A DNA stretch of 61,447 bases from Barthelona sp. PAP020 (lineage: Eukaryota). Made by a program: the position numbers and the translations under genes. Shown here piece after piece: positions 21,290 to 30,986 of the stretch; within the stretch, counting starts at the first letter, position 1, and each line of letters starts with the position of its first letter. Location of the stretch: NCBI GenBank assembly GCA_040182905.1, contig JARQWU010000033.1:1-61447 (forward strand), written 5' to 3'. Under the pieces are notes generated by a model. That model ran no database searches. It was not told the DNA's origin and was given only the letters and a program-made list of their open reading frames with translations.

Positions 21290-22345
21290 TCATCGCACCA
21301 TTGATGAATTGATTGAATCAGTAATCTTTTTCTTTGTTAATGAAGAACTGTTCATGTATTCATCAACCAATGAGGTCAACTGTGTTGAATTAAATGCCAT
21401 ATCAACATCAGCATTTTTTCCCCATAAAAATCTAAAAGTTAATACACTCAAAACATCATCTCCCAACGAAATACAAAATTTGACATGCCAAATAACACCT
21501 AAAACAAAATATTGCACCAACATCCAAAAATAATATTTGACTGTTTCAATTCTTTTGGGTTTAATAACTTTCGTTTGTAAATCCTTTATGTTGTCATCTA
21601 AAAAATCAATTTGATCATCAATTTTCTTTAAATCTTGAGAAAATCTTTCCTTAAAGAAGTTCAAATTATCCAAATTTTTGTCAACAAAATTGAATTTTTT
21701 ATCAACGCTTTTTAGTTTTTCATCGTGTTCTTTTATTTTTTCCTTCCGAATTTGATCAAATTCAACTTCCATTTCCTTTTGAAATTTACCATAATTTCTT
21801 TCAATATTATCCACTCTATTTGATAAATTGTCCATTTTAGTTTGAATAACAGTCATTTCACTGGCTAAAAAATTCTTTAAAGAATTCATTTCATTCTTTA
21901 ACGTTTCAGACAAATTAATATTTGAACCAATGCCATTGATACCATTACCGTTATGTTTTCGATTAATAGGTGTAGTACCAGGCGTATTGTGATTCTCTGG
22001 TGAAGGTTGTTTTATTGGTGAGGGTGTGGTATTATTAGGTAATTGTTGAACTAATTGAAAAGCAGGTAAATCACCAGCTCCAGTGCTTCGTTGTAATGTG
22101 GATGATCTTCGATGATGCTTTCCAGATGGAGTGGAAATATTACTTGCTGTTTGAACATTAGAAGTTGGTAAATCACCAAAAGAAGTTGTAATATTTGATG
22201 CATTCAGTGTATTTTCATGATTTTTTAAAGGTGTTCCTTCAAGAACTATCTTTTCAATGTCATCTTCGAAATCTGACTCAACATCCAGTGAATATTCTTC
22301 TAATACATCATTTGAAAGCTGGAAATCTTGTTTTTTTAAAGGCAT
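21290..22345 (-). CDS. Hypothetical coiled-coil membrane-anchored protein
   Basis: S/T/P-rich N-terminus, central coiled coil, hydrophobic YYFWMLVQYFVLGVIW segment; first ATG at 22345. Confidence 0.65.
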   Translation of the reverse strand: MPLKKQDFQLSNDVLEEYSLDVESDFEDDIEKIVLEGTPLKNHENTLNASNITTSFGDLPTSNVQTASNISTPSGKHHRRSSTLQRSTGAGDLPAFQLVQQLPNNTTPSPIKQPSPENHNTPGTTPINRKHNGNGINGIGSNINLSETLKNEMNSLKNFLASEMTVIQTKMDNLSNRVDNIERNYGKFQKEMEVEFDQIRKEKIKEHDEKLKSVDKKFNFVDKNLDNLNFFKERFSQDLKKIDDQIDFLDDNIKDLQTKVIKPKRIETVKYYFWMLVQYFVLGVIWHVKFCISLGDDVLSVLTFRFLWGKNADVDMAFNSTQLTSLVDEYMNSSSLTKKKITDSINSSMVR

Positions 22346-22962
22346 TTCACAAGTATTCACATAGAAAATTCAATGAATAAAAAATAGAAATTTATGAAAT
22401 TTTAACACAAATTTTTAATTAATGAAATTGATCAATATCACATTTATTGATTTGGATTTAATCACGTGAAGAAAGAAATAAGGCAAAAAAAAACTAGAGC
22501 ATTTCATCTTCCAAAGCCTATTTCTCTATAATGTTATTTTTGATGTTATTGGATTTAGACATAATATAAAAATATAGTGCTCTTTCCGATATTGTGTTGT
22601 TTCTGTTAAATTTGTCTCATGATCATGTCTTATCTATTCTAATACAGAAGCAAAGTTGACATCCTTCAAAAAAGAAAGAAGACAGTGAAAATGATTTCGA
22701 AGAATGGTTAAAAGATGCCAGCTCTTTAAATAGGAGTTGTTTGGTGATGAAAAGTAATAAAAATGAAGGTTCTTTTTTGATTTTCATTTTTCTTCAGTTT
22801 TTTTTTGTGAAAATTATATTGAGATCCTTGTTAAGGTTCTACAGTCAAAAAATAAAATAAAATAAATAACTCCATCATTTATTTGTGCTAATCCAAGATT
22901 TTTTATCATCGTTTTGATGAACAACAATGAAACTATAATATATGTCTAAAATTTTAAAAAAA

Positions 22963-23401
22963 TCAAAGGAAAAGATTTTCAATAGCGTTTTTAAGATTAT
23001 CAACTTGATCTGCAAAAGGAAATTTGGGATCATTATCATTATCAATAGATAATGCGATAACTTGTCTCGAAACGCCAGCAGCACGTCCTAAAGCTGCCTT
23101 AGAAGGTACATATATGTAAAGAGTAGCTTTTTCTTCACACAAAAGAGGCAAATGCAAAACAATCTCAATTGGTTCAGTGTCAGCGGCCATTACAACAATT
23201 TGAGGCTTTCCTTTATTCAAAGATTTTGTTGCTTCATTGGCACCTCTACGAAGATAATGAGTTTTCCTTCTCTTATCATGGTTTGCAATTTCTTGAACCA
23301 AATCCAAAATAACGGAAGTCAATCTATCGTTGGCTAATGGAAAAACCTTGGAATTTTCAGACTAATATTAGAAATGACACAATTTAAATCAATATTACCA
23401 T
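22963..23401 (-). CDS. SNU13: SNU13/15.5K L7Ae-family protein; exon 1 is the ATG (23401-23399), intron 23398-23362, exon 2 23361-22963
   Basis: LRRGANEATKSLN, AADTEPIEIVLHLPLLCEEK, VPSKAALGRAAGVSR; splicing restores the family-typical N-terminus MSENSKVFPLA (a second ATG lies directly upstream at 23404). Confidence 0.95.
23362..23398 (-). other. 37-nt GT-AG intron directly after the SNU13 start codon
   Basis: ATG|GTAATATTGATTTAAATTGTGTCATTTCTAATATTAG|TCT; needed to supply a start codon in frame. Confidence 0.85.
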
Positions 23402-23647
23402 CATCAATTAATGAAAAAATATTTGGATAATTTTTTCTTTTGTTGAATTTATTCATTTTCTTATCCAAACAATGAATTTTATAAACAATTTATTTGATAT
23501 TTTACTTTCAATACAAAAAATTCACTCAAAAAAAAAGGAAAAAGCAAACAAATCCATACACCAAAGAAAAACCGAAATATAACTTTACAAATAATTAAAA
23601 TACATCAATGATAAGAAAAATAATAATATAACAAAGAAAATAGAAAC

Positions 23648-26600
23648 TTAATTTTCGAAAGGCTCATCAAAACTTGCCACATAATTGGCTTTGGGAATCA
23701 AAATCCTAGGAGTACACGATTTTTTGGCCTTGACAGTTTTGACAAGTTCTACATTTCTTTCAATGTTCTTTGAAGTTAAAACTGTTTTTTCCCAACGTTT
23801 CAAAGAACCATTCAATAAATTTTGGGTGTTACCAAATTCTTGAGCTTTTTGTCTTGCTTTTTTCTTTATAGAACTTTTAAATTTCTTACTTTTTTTCATT
23901 TGGGCAGTGACATCAGCAGCTTCTAAAAAATTGTTTTCTTTTACCAAATATGCACTATTCAATCTTAACTGTTTATCTAATTTTAAAGTTTCATGTTTTA
24001 ATTGTCTTTCCTTGAGAAAAGTTTGAGTTTTTTGCAACCCCAAAGTTTTATCATTTTTGACCTTTTCAACTTTTTCTTTCTTTTCTTTAACAATCATTTC
24101 TTTCTGTACTTTTAGTTCATTTCTCTTTTGTTCTTTAATTAATGCTGTCAATTCACTGATACTTTCTTGATTTTTTTCAATATTATTTCTTTCTCTCTCT
24201 CTGAAGGTTTGATACCATTTCAAAACATTTTTAACTCTTAATTTATTTGAAATGAAATCATTTGTGCGAATATCTTGTATTTTTTGATATAAATGAAGTT
24301 TATCTTGTAAAAGAATTCTTCTTTGTAATTTAACCTCCTTATCAACACCATTTTTCTGTTGGTTTATCTTAATACGATGTCCAATTGTGTTTAAAAATAG
24401 TTCTTCATTTGTATCATCATTTTCTTTGTCAATTTGTGAACGGCTGTCAATTTTCATTCGTTTATTCTTATTTTGAACATTTACAAACAATTGAGTATTA
24501 TCTTTTCTAAATTGACTAGCTTTAGTGATACTATCATAAATGGAGGGTAAAAAGATATTTTCTCTATTATTTTGCAAAGATATTATTAATGATGACTTTT
24601 TAATGGATTCTTCCAACTTTTCTAATCTTGGTAAACCAATAAAAGAATTTTTTTTTAAAGTGTCCAAATATTCATCCTCATCAAATAACACAGAAGTAAT
24701 ATTTGAAATTTTTTTACTTTCTTTGGCAATAGTTAATTGAGCTTTTTCCTGATTTATTGTTGAACCTTTAAAAACAAACGGTCTTTCAGTTGAACGTATC
24801 CACCATTGCTTTTCAACCAACGGTAATAATAAACAATACAAATAAGCACGTATTTTAGCCTCTTCTAAAGTTTCACATTCAACTAATTTATAACCTTTAT
24901 TCAAATCTGCTGATGCTATGGTTTGATTAACAAATATTATTGAAGAAGGTACCGGTGGCCCATTAACAGGATGCAATAAAGATTTTGTCATAGCTAATAA
25001 TACTGTTGAAGAAGAAGTGATCTTTACAGGAACATTGCTTTTTGATTGTTCCAATATTTCCTGATAATTTTTGGAACCATGTGTATTCCAAGCTTGTTTT
25101 TTTTCATTAGATACGATGGAAAAATCAGATAATAGTCTATCATTTGGTATCACATCAATTGAAACGTTACAATCTGCTATTAACAATCTTTTATGATGTA
25201 ATTGTTCAATTAAGGTTGTATAATTTATTGGTATCACTAAATATGGTGTGTTTATACTTTTTAAACAACTGTCAACATATTTAACAAATCTGTATGTTAG
25301 TTTTGCTTTCCAAATATGAAAGAAATCAATAATTAATCTAGAACATGAATATCTTTGAATATTATCTAAAAACATAATGAAAGAAGCTTTTGATCTTGTT
25401 TGTGAATGTGATCTCCAAAATCTTTGAATTGTATTGATTGATAAGGCTCGATTCATTGTACGACTATTTAAAAATAAATTATTGTCAACATTATCAGCAA
25501 GAAAAGCCAATCGTTGAGGTAATCTAACTTGAATAAATCGATTTCTTTCACATTTAAAGTGCTTTAATAATGTTTCAATTCCTTCATTCATCCATCCATG
25601 TGGTTCACGAGTAGGTATATCATCAGCACAAGTCAAAAAAACTTCAAGATCATTCCTTGAAGCTCTAAATCTGAATAATGAATGAAAGTAGTCTGGATTT
25701 ATTCTCATAGAGGCTAACATTGGATCAAAAACTGCCAATCGATAATATGATATGTATCGAACAACAGATCGCTCTTCAGGTGAAGGTAAAGGTGATTTAA
25801 TTATTGCTAAAGTATCCATAAATTCTTTGCTAGGTTTAACATTCATTCCAATTCCAACATCATAACCTACTTTCTTTTTCATAATCATACTGTCAAAATC
25901 TTTGCGCTCATCGACATGCTCCATTTCATTTGTTAAATCATTATCATCATAGGTTTGAATTTTTGAGGCATCAAACTCAAACTCATCATCTTTTTCATCC
26001 AATTTTGAAGGGCTTCTTATTAAATGACCTTCAATAACAGACACAACATCATCTTCTTCAGAAATATTGCTTGCTTCAGTGAAATCAGTAAAGTGCGGCA
26101 AATTTGCGGTGGAAGCACCCAAAGCCATGTTATCCATAAAAGATCTTGGTGTTGCTTTGCCCGTAATAGAAAGTTCAGAAACATTTGAACCTCGTCTTAC
26201 ATTGACTTCAGATCTTTCTGATTGTTTTGACATATTCGACAAACTAGAAAGTCGAGAATGATCAACCGTTCTAGTAGATTTGTGTGAATTACTTGCTTTA
26301 TTTGTTGGTTCATATATTTCTTCATTGTGAGAATCAAAAGAATCAAAAATCAATGATTCTTCGTATTGTAGGTTATTTTTCTGTTCTACAAATTTCTCTT
26401 GATGTTCAACAGACTCATCATAAAAATTCAAGGGCATTTGCTCTTCCATTGTTAATTTGGAATCAGCATAAAATTTATAATCACTGGGGCATATTTCAGC
26501 ATCCAAAGGAATCTCATTTTCAACACATAAATGAGTAAGCATTCCTGCGAATGCTTGCCAAAATGTGGGAGGAACAAATACAAATGAATGACCTTCCATG

Positions 26601-27529
26601 TCTCTATCGTAAAGAATTCTTTTGGAAGCAAATAGCCTACGTTGTGAAATTCCTTTCCAGATTCTTTGAATTGTTACTGCGGATGCAGTTGCCTCATCAC
26701 CTTTATCTTTAACCGTTTTCCATTTATCCTGAACCATCCTTACATGATCATTGGCGTTTAGCAGATCATTAATCACATCTAATCTTGTCAATACACCCCT
26801 TGTAATCCTCTGCACCATAATGATTGGAGATGTCTTTGAACGAATAGAAGTAACATTTTCATGAAGTCGACTCAAATACTCACTAAAAGTGTCTCTTTGT
26901 GGAACAACAACAAGTTCCTTTTTCTTTGCACTCGATAATTTTGGATCATCTTTGATTTTGTAGGCTGATGTGGAAGGATATTCAAAAGGCAAAAGAAATT
27001 TACTGGTTAGAGGTTCCCAATCCTTAACATACCCAGAACCTCCTATAATTTCAGCATCTGATAAAACATAACCATCTAAACATTCAAGATTAAGCATAGT
27101 ATTGATTAAAATATGTCTATATTTGGGATGTACTTCGATTGGATTATCAAATAAGGTAAGTATTCGTAAATTAGGAACAGATCTCAATGAAATCACATTC
27201 TTTAAGGAAGATATTTTATTCGAATGCAAATAGATTGTATCTAAATGATGAAACATTTGCCAAAATTGGTTTCCTGGAACATTCGTTAAATTATTGTGCG
27301 ACAAATCCAAAAATTTAATCAATGAGCATGATGATAAATATATGAAAGAATTAATAGCATTATGTCGTAAACATAAATATCTTAAATCAAAACATCCTCT
27401 AAAATTCTCCAATCCTTGATTTTGGGTATTACAAATTGTCAATCGTTGTACATGACTTAAACTCTGAACATTGGCAGCTTCTAGTATCGATTTCTTTGAA
27501 AATGACTGCTTATCATCTTCAGAATTCAT
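23648..27529 (-). CDS. LRRIQ3: LRR and IQ-motif protein, LRRIQ3-like, with a long C-terminal coiled coil
   Basis: LDLSHNNL..FW..LYLH-type LRRs, YRHILIN..LDGYVLSDAEII cap, IQ motifs (VQRITRG, IQRIWKG, IQRFWRS); first ATG at 27529. Confidence 0.75.
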   Translation of the reverse strand: MNSEDDKQSFSKKSILEAANVQSLSHVQRLTICNTQNQGLENFRGCFDLRYLCLRHNAINSFIYLSSCSLIKFLDLSHNNLTNVPGNQFWQMFHHLDTIYLHSNKISSLKNVISLRSVPNLRILTLFDNPIEVHPKYRHILINTMLNLECLDGYVLSDAEIIGGSGYVKDWEPLTSKFLLPFEYPSTSAYKIKDDPKLSSAKKKELVVVPQRDTFSEYLSRLHENVTSIRSKTSPIIMVQRITRGVLTRLDVINDLLNANDHVRMVQDKWKTVKDKGDEATASAVTIQRIWKGISQRRLFASKRILYDRDMEGHSFVFVPPTFWQAFAGMLTHLCVENEIPLDAEICPSDYKFYADSKLTMEEQMPLNFYDESVEHQEKFVEQKNNLQYEESLIFDSFDSHNEEIYEPTNKASNSHKSTRTVDHSRLSSLSNMSKQSERSEVNVRRGSNVSELSITGKATPRSFMDNMALGASTANLPHFTDFTEASNISEEDDVVSVIEGHLIRSPSKLDEKDDEFEFDASKIQTYDDNDLTNEMEHVDERKDFDSMIMKKKVGYDVGIGMNVKPSKEFMDTLAIIKSPLPSPEERSVVRYISYYRLAVFDPMLASMRINPDYFHSLFRFRASRNDLEVFLTCADDIPTREPHGWMNEGIETLLKHFKCERNRFIQVRLPQRLAFLADNVDNNLFLNSRTMNRALSINTIQRFWRSHSQTRSKASFIMFLDNIQRYSCSRLIIDFFHIWKAKLTYRFVKYVDSCLKSINTPYLVIPINYTTLIEQLHHKRLLIADCNVSIDVIPNDRLLSDFSIVSNEKKQAWNTHGSKNYQEILEQSKSNVPVKITSSSTVLLAMTKSLLHPVNGPPVPSSIIFVNQTIASADLNKGYKLVECETLEEAKIRAYLYCLLLPLVEKQWWIRSTERPFVFKGSTINQEKAQLTIAKESKKISNITSVLFDEDEYLDTLKKNSFIGLPRLEKLEESIKKSSLIISLQNNRENIFLPSIYDSITKASQFRKDNTQLFVNVQNKNKRMKIDSRSQIDKENDDTNEELFLNTIGHRIKINQQKNGVDKEVKLQRRILLQDKLHLYQKIQDIRTNDFISNKLRVKNVLKWYQTFRERERNNIEKNQESISELTALIKEQKRNELKVQKEMIVKEKKEKVEKVKNDKTLGLQKTQTFLKERQLKHETLKLDKQLRLNSAYLVKENNFLEAADVTAQMKKSKKFKSSIKKKARQKAQEFGNTQNLLNGSLKRWEKTVLTSKNIERNVELVKTVKAKKSCTPRILIPKANYVASFDEPFEN

Positions 27530-27709
27530 TTTCACATATAAAAAATTTTAAAACAAATTTCTTTTTGAAAATAGTCAAATGCATCTCAAAATAGTGCTAA
27601 AAAGGCTAACAATATTAAAAAGAACAATTAATTTATTTAAAAATGAATGATGCACCCAAAGAAAATGGTATGGCTCCTTTTCAATTTTTTTTTATTTGGA
27701 CTTAATCAA

Positions 27710-28168
27710 ATGGTATTCATTTTTAAACTCTTTAATTAATCTAATATATAGTGTAAGCATATTTTAAATGCTCAAGTCTCTATTAGAGCTCCTTGTTGTA
27801 GAAAATGGTACGATTGTCCCGTTTGTCATGATGAAGAACAAAATCATCCACTCAGAAAAGATAATGAAATGATATTTTTATGTAAGAAATGTAAAAAAAC
27901 ATTTAGAGTTGATATGGAAACATTTGAAGAATCTGATGAATATTGTCCACATTGCGATAATCATTTTGTTATTGAAGCTGTTACACCTGAAAGTCTTGAA
28001 GAACAAAAAGCACAAGAAAAAATGGAAGCAGCTGAGAAACTTTCTGGTCAAAATGCCAGATATGAACATGCAGAATATGATGAAAGAACAGAGCAAGGTG
28101 AAAGAAATATGAAAGTTGCTGAAGAATATCAAAGACAATTAGCTGCTATGTATCGTCCCAGTTTTTAA
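27710..28168 (+). CDS. CHY-type zinc-finger protein; exon 1 is the ATG (27710-27712), intron 27713-27751, exon 2 27752-28168
   Basis: Spliced product MCKHILNAQVSIRAPCCRKWYDCPVCHDE...CKKCKK...DEYCPHCDNHFVIEA; the ORF track misses the first 40 aa. Confidence 0.88.
27713..27751 (+). other. 39-nt GT-AG intron directly after the CHY gene start codon
   Basis: ATG|GTATTCATTTTTAAACTCTTTAATTAATCTAATATATAG|TGT AAG CAT; contains in-frame stops if unspliced; an alternative ATG|GTATGG donor lies at 27665-27668. Confidence 0.78.
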
Positions 28169-28408
28169 AAGTTCATTCAATTTATATGCTTATAAAATAT
28201 ATCTGAATACACGAATCAATAAATAAATAAATATATATAAATATACATATATATATCCATATTTGTTTTTTTTTTTTGAGAAAATTTGAATTGTTTGGGC
28301 AAATTTCTGCAAATTTCTACATTCAATATTACGCCCTTGTTATCTTCTGACAAAAAGGATTTTATGAAGGTAAAAAAACAGAACATATAAAAAAAATACA
28401 TATCTTTA

Positions 28409-30778
28409 TCATCGCATCTCTCTCAAAAGAATGTTTTCATTTCTCAATCTTTCAATTTCAGTTTTCAATCCTGAAGTTGAAATGTTATTGAGATTTTTAG
28501 ATAGGTTTCTAGATTTCTTCAGTTCAACTATTCGATTGTTCAATTCTCTGACTTGTTTCTCATAAATTCTGTTATCTTTTCTCTCTTGCATTAATTGATT
28601 ATAATTTTTACATAGTTCTTGGTGTTTTTTAAGTAAAGTTTGGAAATTTTCATTCAAATTGTTGAATATTTCTTGATTCTTCTTCCTTTCAGCATTTAAC
28701 AACACTTCTAATTGTTCTATTCGTTTTGATTTTCTACTTAACGTACTAGTCAAAACATCAGTTTCTGCTTCTAATTTATGAGCTTTAAACAAAGAATTTG
28801 ATGCATTTTTCCTTTCATTTTGTCGTTCTTCTCTCTCTTTTCCTAATTGACTGGTTAATATTGATTTTTCAGTCTTTAATGCTTCAATTGTTGCACTAAG
28901 ATTTTCAATTCTTTCATACAATAAAGATAATATCGGCTCTTGCTGTTGATCAATGCTGTATGAATCAGAAAAAGGACTCATTGGTGTTAAAGGTGTTCTT
29001 TCCAATAGAGGAGTATCCGGTGATGCCATTAAAGGTGTATTTGGATAAGTTTTTAGTTTACCAAAATTATCAAATTCTAAACTTTCAATTTTCAAACTTT
29101 TTGACATTTCAATCAACTTTAAATTTAAATCCTCTATCTGTGTTTGTTTATCGTTAAGATCTTCTTCCAAAGATATAATATATTCATCTTTTTCTTTTAT
29201 AATATTTGAGTACTTCAATTCTTTCCATTCAATAACATTGTTCAGTTCTTCAACAATATTTAATGATTCTTCTAAATCTCTATCAGCTCGTTCTTTGCTA
29301 ATTGCCAAATTAAGTTTTTCTTGACGTAATTCAGCAATCTCTCCTTGAAAATGACCAATAGTCTTCTCCAACTCTTTTACAGCTGGTGAATCAACTTCTA
29401 CAGCAACAATCGGAGGATGAATCAAATGTTCAATATCATTCGTTGCATCAAAATATTGTTCATCCAAAGTTTCTCGATGATTAGGTGTGAATATCAATTG
29501 TTCAGGAATATGTACTGGTGAACTCATGGAAGGTAAATTGCTTGATAATTTTGGTGATGGTTTTTCGTGATTTTTACCTGGTGATCGCATAGGAGTTTCT
29601 AAATATGGTTTTTTCCCTTGATTCATCAAATTAATTTCCTCTTGAAATGATTCCAGAGAAATTAACGTTTCTTTATTGGCTTTTGGATGCGTTTTCACAC
29701 CAGTCAATGACTTGGCAAAATTTAAGGTTGAAGTGTTGGATTCACAATCAGGTCTAATACAAAGAACAAAGGCAGTTTCTGAATTACCAATCAGAGACTC
29801 CTTCAGTAATCTTGTTAAAGAACTATCTCTAAAACTAATGTAATCTTGTTTTTCCTGGATCTGTTTCATAACTAAAGATAAACTAGACAAGCTAGAATTA
29901 ATATTTCCTGCCTCTTTTAAAGCGTTTCCTTGAACTTTTGACTCTTTTGGCCTTTCAGCACCTCCTAGATCAACAAAATTGAAAACTGATCGGGTAACAG
30001 TTCTTCTTGCAGCTGATCTGGTCAAAGACATTTGTTGATCAACCGATTTACCGTTTGTATTATGTTCATCAGTCCATAATAATATCTGTTTTTCAGTTTG
30101 AACCATTTCGAAAGTAACAATACAATGAGATCTTGAACTTTCCTTGTTTGCATTGGTATCTCGTCTTTTTCTCCTTTCAATAGCTTTTTGAATCTCTTTC
30201 CAAGTATCTTCATAAGAAGAAGCAATAATACTTTTAGCTCCTCTACAATAAGCTCCTCGATCTGGATAATTCTCATATATCTTCACCACTTTATCTTTAT
30301 TGTTTTCTACATTCAAATCAAAAATTCTACCACCATCATATATCTCCAAAATGGTAATTTTAATCTCACATGAATAAAAAATCATGTCATCGGTATTTAA
30401 TTCATTTTGTTTTCTTTCAACGATTTGTAATAAATTCTTCAATGCTCTGGGGACTAAACCATATTCATTGACATCATCTTTCCCAAACATACTGTAGGTT
30501 TTTCCAGCACCTGAACTTCCGTGTGCAAATATTGTGCAATTATATCCTTGAATAAATCTGTTTAAAAAAGGATTGCCCAAATATTCAAATAAATCAATTT
30601 GTTCAGAATTTTCATCAAAAATTTTATCGATATTTAACATTTCAATCTGCTCATGAACAGCTACTATGGCGTTTGAATTGGAATCTTTTGAATTTTCTTG
30701 TTTTGAATGTGGTTTTATTCGACAATAAACTTTGATATTTGTTGTTTCTATATCATTATAAATATTTTTTGAAGACAT
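28409..30778 (-). CDS. Kinesin with N-terminal motor domain and coiled-coil tail
   Basis: IKVYCRIKP, P-loop GSSGAGKTYSM, switch I NKESSRSH, switch II VDLGGAER, SFRDSSLTRLLKESL. Confidence 0.93.
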   Translation of the reverse strand: MSSKNIYNDIETTNIKVYCRIKPHSKQENSKDSNSNAIVAVHEQIEMLNIDKIFDENSEQIDLFEYLGNPFLNRFIQGYNCTIFAHGSSGAGKTYSMFGKDDVNEYGLVPRALKNLLQIVERKQNELNTDDMIFYSCEIKITILEIYDGGRIFDLNVENNKDKVVKIYENYPDRGAYCRGAKSIIASSYEDTWKEIQKAIERRKRRDTNANKESSRSHCIVTFEMVQTEKQILLWTDEHNTNGKSVDQQMSLTRSAARRTVTRSVFNFVDLGGAERPKESKVQGNALKEAGNINSSLSSLSLVMKQIQEKQDYISFRDSSLTRLLKESLIGNSETAFVLCIRPDCESNTSTLNFAKSLTGVKTHPKANKETLISLESFQEEINLMNQGKKPYLETPMRSPGKNHEKPSPKLSSNLPSMSSPVHIPEQLIFTPNHRETLDEQYFDATNDIEHLIHPPIVAVEVDSPAVKELEKTIGHFQGEIAELRQEKLNLAISKERADRDLEESLNIVEELNNVIEWKELKYSNIIKEKDEYIISLEEDLNDKQTQIEDLNLKLIEMSKSLKIESLEFDNFGKLKTYPNTPLMASPDTPLLERTPLTPMSPFSDSYSIDQQQEPILSLLYERIENLSATIEALKTEKSILTSQLGKEREERQNERKNASNSLFKAHKLEAETDVLTSTLSRKSKRIEQLEVLLNAERKKNQEIFNNLNENFQTLLKKHQELCKNYNQLMQERKDNRIYEKQVRELNNRIVELKKSRNLSKNLNNISTSGLKTEIERLRNENILLREMR

Positions 30779-30986
30779 ATAATAGGACTAATTCGATCAA
30801 ACAAAAAAAAAAAAATGACGCTTATTTTAAAAAACATATTTTTCAGATATGATAGCAACAATTAGTCATATCAAATGTTTCATTTGAAAATATTTGAAAA
30901 TTAGAAATGAAAATATCTTGATAAAATCAAAATATTATATTCTTTTATGTATTAACAACAATTGATATGAACAATAATTCTTAAAA

